Of a stretch of DNA of 64,000 nucleotides, positions 58,379 to 64,000 are shown piece after piece. The DNA is from an uncultured Actinomycetes bacterium. Its GTDB lineage: Bacteria > Actinomycetota > Thermoleophilia > Solirubrobacterales > Solirubrobacteraceae. The position numbers and the translations under genes were made by a program. The DNA is taken from contig CAWKOS010000003.1 in assembly GCA_963851295.1 (NCBI GenBank), positions 42,284 through 106,283 on the forward strand. Reading direction: 5' to 3'. The notes under the pieces are model-generated. The model had not been told where the DNA came from and ran no database searches. It worked only from the letters and a program-made list of their open reading frames with translations. The stretch's first letter is position 1. Every line of letters starts with the position of its first letter.

Positions 58379-60779
58379 GCAGCTCGCCCCCGAGCCCCTC
58401 GCGCAGCGCCTCGACGATGCGGTCGCGCAGCGGCGCGACGTTCTCGTCGGTCAGGGTGCGGTCGCTCGCCCGGAAGGCGAGCGCGAGCGCCACCGACTTG
58501 CGCCCCTCCCCCACCTGGGCGCCGCGGTAGAGGTCGAAGACGCGCGCGTCGGCGAGCAGCTCGCCGCCGGCCTCGCGGACGGTGCGCAGGACCGTGGCCG
58601 CGGGCACGTCCTCGGCGAGCGTGACCGAGAGGTCCATGCGCAGGGTCGGGAAGCTCGTGAGGTCGCGGTAGCGCGGCACGGCGTCGGCGTGCTGCAGGAC
58701 GCGGTCGAGGTCGACCTCGAAGAGCGCGGCGCCGTGGTCGAGGTCCCACGCGCGCGCGACGAGCGGGTGCAGCTCGCCGATCCAGCCGACGTCCTCGCCG
58801 CCGGCGAGCACGCGGGCGCTGCGCCCGGGGTGCAGGAACGGCTCGGTCGCGGGCTCCACGTCCCAGCGCACGCGCACGGCGTCCAGCGCGGCGACGAGCA
58901 GGCCCTTGGCCGTGAAGAAGCCCGCCCGGGGGGGCTCCGAGGTCCCCCACGTCTGCGGGTGCAGGCGCCCGGCGAGCACGCCGCCGAGGGCGCGGTGCTC
59001 GTGCGGGAGCTTCTCGCCCTCGTCGAGGTAGACGGTGCCGGCCTCGAAGAGCGCGAGGTCGGGGCGCCCGCGGGCCGTGTTGTGGCGCGCGGCGTCGAGC
59101 AGCGACCCGGCGAGCGTGGTGCGCAGGACGGAGTGATCCTCGCTCATCGGGTTCTCGAGCACGACGAAGCGCCGGCGCGGGTCGTCGGGGGCCAGGCGCA
59201 GGCGGTCGGCGAGGCCGGGCTCGGTGAAGCTCCAGCCGACCGTCTCGTACATGCCGCGCCCGACGAGGGCGTCGACGGCGCGGCGGCGCAGGCGCTGGGC
59301 GGTGCTCAGGCGCCCGGCGCTGCCGCGGCGCGCGGGCAGCGTGGCCGGGAGCTGCTCGAGGCCGTCGATGCGCGCGACCTCCTCGACGAGGTCGGCCTCG
59401 CGGGTCACGTCGTTGCGGCGGAAGGCGGGGACGAGGACGTCGAGGCCGCCGGGCGCCTCCTGGACCTCGAACTGCAGCGCGCGCAGGATCTCGGCCTGGC
59501 GCGGGCGCGGGATCGCGCGGCCCAGCAGCTCCGCGACGCGGTGCTCGCGCAGGCGGACGGTGATCGGCGGCGGGCCTTCGCCGCCGACGTCGATCGTCCC
59601 TGCGACCAGGCGCGCGCCCGTGAGCTCGAGCATCAGGCGGGTGGCGACGATCTGCGCCTCCATCGCCTGCTCGGGCGCGAGGCCCTTCTCGAAGCGCCCG
59701 CTGGCCTCGCTGCGCAGGCCGAGCAGCTGCGAGGTGCGGTGGATGTTGGGGCCGTCCCAGTTGGCCGCCTCGATGAGGACGCGCGTCGTGTCCTCCTGGA
59801 CCTCGGAGCGCTCGCCGCCCATGACGCCGGCGATCGAGGTCGGCCCGTCGGCGTCGTCGATGACGAGCATCTGGGAGTCGAGCGTGCGGACCTGTCCGTC
59901 GAGGGTGGTGACCCGCTCGCCGTCGCGGGCGCGGCGCACGACGAGCCTCCCGCCGGCCACGCGGTCGAGGTCGAAGGCGTGGATCGGGCTGCCGACGAGC
60001 AGCATCACGTAGTTGGTGATGTCGACGACGTTGTTGATGGGGCGCTGGCCGGCGGCCATCAGCCGCGCCTTCAGCCACGGCGGCGACGGGCCGAGGGTGA
60101 CCTCCTCGAAGGCGCGCGCCGTGAAGCGCGGGCACAGGTCGGAGGCCTCGACGACGACTTCGGCGCCCTCGACGTCTCCCGCGCTGCCGAGATCCTCCGC
60201 CCATGGCGGCGGGGCCAGCGGCGCGCCGGTCGCGGCGTGGACCTCGCGCGCGACGCCGTAGATGCCGAGGCAGTCGGGCCGGTTGGGCGTGACCTCGAGC
60301 TCGAGGACCTCGGTGGCGATCGGCAGGACGTCGCGCAGCGGCGCGCCGGGTCGCAGGTCGCCGTCGAGGACCATGATCCCCGCGTGCTCGGTGCCGATCG
60401 CCAGCTCGTCCTCGGCGAGGATCATCCCGTTGGACTCCACGCCGCGCAGCTTGGCCACGCCGAGCTTCGTCCCGTCGGGCATGACGGCGCCGGGGCGCGC
60501 GACGGCGACGGTCTGGCCCGCGGCGACGTTGGGCGCCCCGCACACGATCTGCTGCGGGCCGTCGTCGCCGACGTCGACCAGGCACACGCTGAGGCGGTCG
60601 GCGTCGGGGTGCCTTGCGGCCTCGACGACCTTGCCGATCACGAAGCGCTCGAGCGCGTCGACGCCGTGGCGATGGACGGCCTCGACCTTCGTGCCCGTCA
60701 TGGTCAGGCGCTCTTCGAGCTGCTTGGTGGGCAGCCCGGCGTCGCAGTACTGCTCGAGCCATTCGAGCGGCACCCTCAT
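58371..60779 (-). CDS. pheT: Phenylalanine-tRNA ligase beta subunit
   Basis: MRVPLEWL..., tRNA-binding domain, B3/4 and B5 domains, C-terminal FDX-ACB. The internal ATG overlaps the pheS stop. Confidence 0.95.
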   Translation of the reverse strand: MRVPLEWLEQYCDAGLPTKQLEERLTMTGTKVEAVHRHGVDALERFVIGKVVEAARHPDADRLSVCLVDVGDDGPQQIVCGAPNVAAGQTVAVARPGAVMPDGTKLGVAKLRGVESNGMILAEDELAIGTEHAGIMVLDGDLRPGAPLRDVLPIATEVLELEVTPNRPDCLGIYGVAREVHAATGAPLAPPPWAEDLGSAGDVEGAEVVVEASDLCPRFTARAFEEVTLGPSPPWLKARLMAAGQRPINNVVDITNYVMLLVGSPIHAFDLDRVAGGRLVVRRARDGERVTTLDGQVRTLDSQMLVIDDADGPTSIAGVMGGERSEVQEDTTRVLIEAANWDGPNIHRTSQLLGLRSEASGRFEKGLAPEQAMEAQIVATRLMLELTGARLVAGTIDVGGEGPPPITVRLREHRVAELLGRAIPRPRQAEILRALQFEVQEAPGGLDVLVPAFRRNDVTREADLVEEVARIDGLEQLPATLPARRGSAGRLSTAQRLRRRAVDALVGRGMYETVGWSFTEPGLADRLRLAPDDPRRRFVVLENPMSEDHSVLRTTLAGSLLDAARHNTARGRPDLALFEAGTVYLDEGEKLPHEHRALGGVLAGRLHPQTWGTSEPPRAGFFTAKGLLVAALDAVRVRWDVEPATEPFLHPGRSARVLAGGEDVGWIGELHPLVARAWDLDHGAALFEVDLDRVLQHADAVPRYRDLTSFPTLRMDLSVTLAEDVPAATVLRTVREAGGELLADARVFDLYRGAQVGEGRKSVALALAFRASDRTLTDENVAPLRDRIVEALREGLGGELRA

Positions 60780-61828
60780 CCGAACTGCTCCAGGAAGCGC
60801 AGGTCGTTGTCGTAGTACATGCGCAGGTCGCCGATGCCGTGCTTGAGCATCGCGACGCGCTCGATCCCCAGGCCCCACGCGAAGCCCTGGACCTTCTCGG
60901 GGTCGTAGCGGTCGTCGTCGACGTAGGAGTAGACGTTGGGGTCGACCTCGCCGGCGCCGAGGATCTCCAGCCAGCCCTCGCCCCGGCAGATGTGGCAGCG
61001 GGCCCCGTCGGGCAGCCAGCCGGTGCCGTTGCAGTTGAAGCACGAGACGTCGACCTCGACCGAGGGCTCGGTGAAGGGGAAGAAGTGCGGGCGCAGCCTG
61101 ACGTCGCGCTCCTCGCCGAAGACGGCGCGCGCGAAGGCCAGCAGCGTGCCCTTGAGGTCGGCGAGCGTGATGTCCTCGTCGACGGCCAGGCCCTCGACCT
61201 GGTGGAACATCGGGGTGTGCGTGGCGTCGTTGTCGCGGCGGTAGGTGCGCCCGGGGATGACGACGTAGAGCGGCGGCGGGTGGGCCTCCATCGCGCGGAT
61301 CTGCATCGGCGAGGTGTGGGTGCGCAGCACCACGTCGTCGGCGACGTAGAAAGTGTCGCTGCGGTCGCGCGCCGGGTGCGTGGCGCTGTGGTTGAGCGCG
61401 TCGAAGTTGTAGTGGACGGTCTCGACCTCGGGGCCCTCGACGACGGTGAAGCCCAGGCCGACGAAGACGTCCTCGAGCTCGCGCCAGGTCGCGGTGAGGA
61501 CGTGCAGGCGCCCGACGGGCTGGGGCGGCTCGCCGGGGAGGGTGACGTCGACGCGGTCGGCGGCCAGGCGGGCGTCGAGCTCGCCGGCCTCGAGCTCGCC
61601 GGTGCGCTGCTCGATGAGCTGCTCGAGCGCCTGGCGCGCCTGGTTGGCGGCGCGGCCGACGGTCCCGCGCTGCTCGGGCGGCAGCTCGGCGACGCCGCGC
61701 AGGAGGTTGGGGAGCTCGGCCTTGCGACCGAGGTAGCGGACGCGGAGGTCCTCGAGCGTCGCCGTCGAGTCGGCGCCCGCGATCGCCGATTCGGCCTCGG
61801 CCCTGAGCTCGTCGATGCGCTCGATCAT
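60776..61828 (-). CDS. pheS: Phenylalanine-tRNA ligase alpha subunit
   Basis: HPARD, FRRD-like YRRDNDATH, GWAFGLGIERVAML-type class II motifs. Confidence 0.95.
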   Translation of the reverse strand: MIERIDELRAEAESAIAGADSTATLEDLRVRYLGRKAELPNLLRGVAELPPEQRGTVGRAANQARQALEQLIEQRTGELEAGELDARLAADRVDVTLPGEPPQPVGRLHVLTATWRELEDVFVGLGFTVVEGPEVETVHYNFDALNHSATHPARDRSDTFYVADDVVLRTHTSPMQIRAMEAHPPPLYVVIPGRTYRRDNDATHTPMFHQVEGLAVDEDITLADLKGTLLAFARAVFGEERDVRLRPHFFPFTEPSVEVDVSCFNCNGTGWLPDGARCHICRGEGWLEILGAGEVDPNVYSYVDDDRYDPEKVQGFAWGLGIERVAMLKHGIGDLRMYYDNDLRFLEQFG

Positions 61829-62490
61829 CGGGGCGCCACCCTAGTCCACTCGTAGAGGCCGACTGTTGCCGCCATGGCGGCGTTGAGCGAGTCGCCGGCG
61901 ATGGCGATGCGCCTCACCGCGTCGCACGCCTCGACGACCTCGTCGGGAAGGCCGGCGCGCTCCGCGCCGACCACCAGGGTCCCCGCTCCGGGCCCGTGCA
62001 GCTCCTCGCCGCCGCCCGCCACCAGCGCGACGCGCGGCGCGGGCAGCTGCGCGACGCTCGCGACCCGCGCGACGGGCACCGAGAAGATCGCCCCCATCGA
62101 GGCGCGCACCGCCTTGGGGCCGAACGGGTCGGCGGTGTCGGGCCCGATCGCGACGCAGCTCGCACCGAAGGCGGCGGCGCTGCGCAGGACGGTGCCGACG
62201 TTGCCGGGGTCGTGGACGCCCCAGAGCGCGACGCACAGGGGGCCGGGCGCCGCGCTCGCCCAGCGCTGCTCGTAGACGGCGAGCGCACGGGTGCCCGAGC
62301 CGAGGGCCGAGACGCCGTCGAGCAGGTCGGCCTCGACGTCGACGTCGGCGCGCAGCTCGTAGACGGGCGGCCAGGCCGCCTGCGCGGCGGCCGCGAGCAG
62401 GTCCTCGCCCTCGGCCACGAAGCGCCCCTCGCGGCGGCGCTGGAGCCGGCGGACCTCCTTGAGCTTGTCGTTGTGCGGGCTGGTGATCAC
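61825..62490 (-). CDS. TrmH/SpoU-family RNA 2'-O-methyltransferase
   Basis: DPGNVGTVLRSAAAFG, GAERAGL, SLNAAMAATVGLYE. Confidence 0.8.
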   Translation of the reverse strand: MITSPHNDKLKEVRRLQRRREGRFVAEGEDLLAAAAQAAWPPVYELRADVDVEADLLDGVSALGSGTRALAVYEQRWASAAPGPLCVALWGVHDPGNVGTVLRSAAAFGASCVAIGPDTADPFGPKAVRASMGAIFSVPVARVASVAQLPAPRVALVAGGGEELHGPGAGTLVVGAERAGLPDEVVEACDAVRRIAIAGDSLNAAMAATVGLYEWTRVAPR

Positions 62491-62508
62491 GGTGGGCGTC
62501 GGTTAACG

Positions 62509-62542
62509 AAAAAGGGCGCCGATCCTGATGGATTCGGCGCCC
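62509..62542 (-). terminator. Rho-independent terminator after rplT
   Basis: On the minus strand, the 9-bp stem GGGCGCCGA/TCGGCGCCC is followed directly by TTTTT. It lies 28 nt downstream of the rplT stop. Confidence 0.8.
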
Positions 62543-62569
62543 GGGAGGGTTGCTGCGTCGGCTGCTGGA

Positions 62570-62929
62570 TCAGGCGGCCGACGCCTCGCGGGCGGCATCG
62601 GCAAATCGGCGGAAGGTCTCGGGGTCGCGGACGGCGATGTCGGCCAGCACCTTGCGGTCCAGCTCGATGCCGGCCAGCTTGAGGCCGTGGATGAAGGTGC
62701 CGTAGTTCATGCCGTTCTGGCGGGCGGCCGCGTTGATGCGCGTGATCCACAGGCGGCGGAAGTCGCGCTTGCGATTGCGGCGGTCGCGGTAGGCGTAGGA
62801 GTCGGCCTTCATGACCGCTTCCTTGGCGCGCTTGTAGTTGGAGTGCGCCTCGCCCCGGAAGCCCTTGGCCCGCTCGAGCGTCGCCCGGCGCTTCTTGCGC
62901 GCGTTGACCGAACGCTTGACGCGGGTCAC
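62570..62929 (-). CDS. rplT: 50S ribosomal protein L20
   Basis: [15 protein letters not shown]...[21 protein letters not shown]. The GTG overlaps the rpmI stop. Confidence 0.95.
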   Translation of the reverse strand: MTRVKRSVNARKKRRATLERAKGFRGEAHSNYKRAKEAVMKADSYAYRDRRNRKRDFRRLWITRINAAARQNGMNYGTFIHGLKLAGIELDRKVLADIAVRDPETFRRFADAAREASAA

Positions 62930-63126
62930 TTGCCCGCCCCCAGCAGCTTCTTGACCCGCGGCGTGTCGTGCGGCGAGATCACGCGCGGCTTGCCGAACGC
63001 GCGCTTGCGCTTGGGCGACTTCTTCTCGAGGATGTGGCTCGAGTTCGCGTGACGGCCGCGGACCTTGCCCTTGGCGGTCAGCTTGAAGCGCTTCTTCGCG
63101 CCCGAATGGGTCTTCATCTTCGGCAT
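62926..63126 (-). CDS. rpmI: 50S ribosomal protein L35
   Basis: [22 protein letters not shown]... Confidence 0.95.
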   Translation of the reverse strand: MPKMKTHSGAKKRFKLTAKGKVRGRHANSSHILEKKSPKRKRAFGKPRVISPHDTPRVKKLLGAGK

Positions 63127-63208
63127 GGCGGACGGCGGAGGATAGCGAAGGATCGCGCGGCGGCGCCGTCGGGCCGCGGCGGCGGCCGCCACGCGCCCGC
63201 ACAGGCGC

Positions 63209-63275
63209 GTGGGTCCGCGCCGCCGGGCAGTGCGTCTCCGCTTCGCGTCGGCGGTCGCGAAAGCTCACCGAGGGA
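63209..63275. repeat. Third (solo) copy of the ~68-nt repeat seen at 14727-14940
   Basis: Hand alignment to 14727-14794 gives about 58 identities with one 1-nt gap. Shared blocks are gggtccgcgccgccggg, gcgtctccgctt, ggtcgcgaa and caccgaggga. Confidence 0.7.
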
Positions 63276-63315
63276 GGAAGACCGCTCCGGCACGCCCCGC
63301 GGCGCGCGCCGCCGC

Positions 63316-64000
63316 TCAGGCTCCGAGCTCTTCGCGCAGCGCGTCGAGCGTGGCGCGGAGGGCTGCGAGGTCGGCGCGCAGCGCGGCGACCTCGTCCTCG
63401 AGGCGGTCGACGCGTGGGTCGGGCTCGGGGGCAGCGGGCGCGGCGGCGGGCGGCGCGGGCGCGGTGGGCGGTGGCGGAGCGGGCGCGGTGGGCGCCGCGG
63501 GCGCGAACGAGGGGGCGGCGGGCGCGGGCGCGTCCTCCTCGGCGTCCTCCCCCAGCAGCTGCGCGTAGCGCTCCTCCTTCTGCCCCGGCCGGCGCCCCAA
63601 CCGCGCCGCGAGCTCGCGCCCGATCAGGCGCTCCAGCGCGTCGAGCACGGCGGCCAGGTCCGCGAGCGGGTGCAGGCGCTCCGTGCGCTGCTTGAGCTCG
63701 CCGGGCGTCTGCGGGCCGCGGAGCATGAGGACGCACAGGACCGCGAGCTCGTCCTCGGGCAGGCCGAGGGCCTCGTCGAGCAGGTGGCGGTACTTCGGCG
63801 CGCGGCTGCCCGCGCCGCTGGCCAGGCGCGCCCAGCGCCGGCGCGACAGCCGGTGCAGGGCGTCGCGGATGGTCGCCTCGTCGTACTCGGTGACCGGGTC
63901 GCGGTTGGTGGACTGGTTGCACGCCAGCCGTAGCGCGTTGAGGCTGAGCGGATAGGCGTCGGGCGTCGTGCGCTGCTTCTCGAGCAGGCACCCGAGGACA
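63316..64000 (-). CDS. YceH/DUF480-family protein with a Pro/Ala-rich and coiled-coil tail; the 5' end lies outside the window
   Basis: The frame is open to the window edge. [19 protein letters not shown]..., [19 protein letters not shown]. Confidence 0.7.
   Translation of the reverse strand, partial: VLGCLLEKQRTTPDAYPLSLNALRLACNQSTNRDPVTEYDEATIRDALHRLSRRRWARLASGAGSRAPKYRHLLDEALGLPEDELAVLCVLMLRGPQTPGELKQRTERLHPLADLAAVLDALERLIGRELAARLGRRPGQKEERYAQLLGEDAEEDAPAPAAPSFAPAAPTAPAPPPPTAPAPPAAAPAAPEPDPRVDRLEDEVAALRADLAALRATLDALREELGA

Overview
This is a very GC-rich, gene-dense chromosomal segment with strongly GC3-biased codons. It looks like core genome of a high-GC Actinomycetota-type bacterium. 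About 70 genes can be supported, and most are housekeeping. They include menD/menF, an NfeD-SPFH pair, ilvBN, gatCAB, folD, pcrA, cysE/cysK, a MacAB-type efflux operon, gltX, nfo, dnaE, argG, a formate dehydrogenase (FDH) operon plus fdhD, argCJBD, pheST, a TrmH-type methyltransferase and rpmI-rplT. The order rpmI-rplT-trmH-pheST-argCJBD...argG matches the classical actinobacterial arrangement, but infC, argF, argR and argH are missing from their usual places. I saw no rRNA, tRNA, CRISPR array, transposase or obvious defence island. The points most worth a second look are these. (1) The FDH has an in-frame UGA followed by an fdhF-like SECIS hairpin, and its FdsA-type alpha subunit is split into two genes in permuted order around a NuoE-NuoF fusion. 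(2) A 362-aa intein sits in helicase motif III of PcrA, with visibly lower GC and no intact endonuclease motif. (3) An approximately 68-nt repeat family has three copies; two form a 214-bp inverted repeat, and one lies in the rpmI-rplT leader where infC is expected. (4) Four conserved genes are broken by single-base frameshifts, and three of these fall in the same AGAATC context, which suggests a systematic sequencing artefact. (5) A structured, lower-GC 290-bp spacer lies between nfo and dnaE. All calls come from reading the sequence and ORF track by eye. Start codons are often uncertain, because GC-rich DNA produces long spurious ORFs in all six frames.
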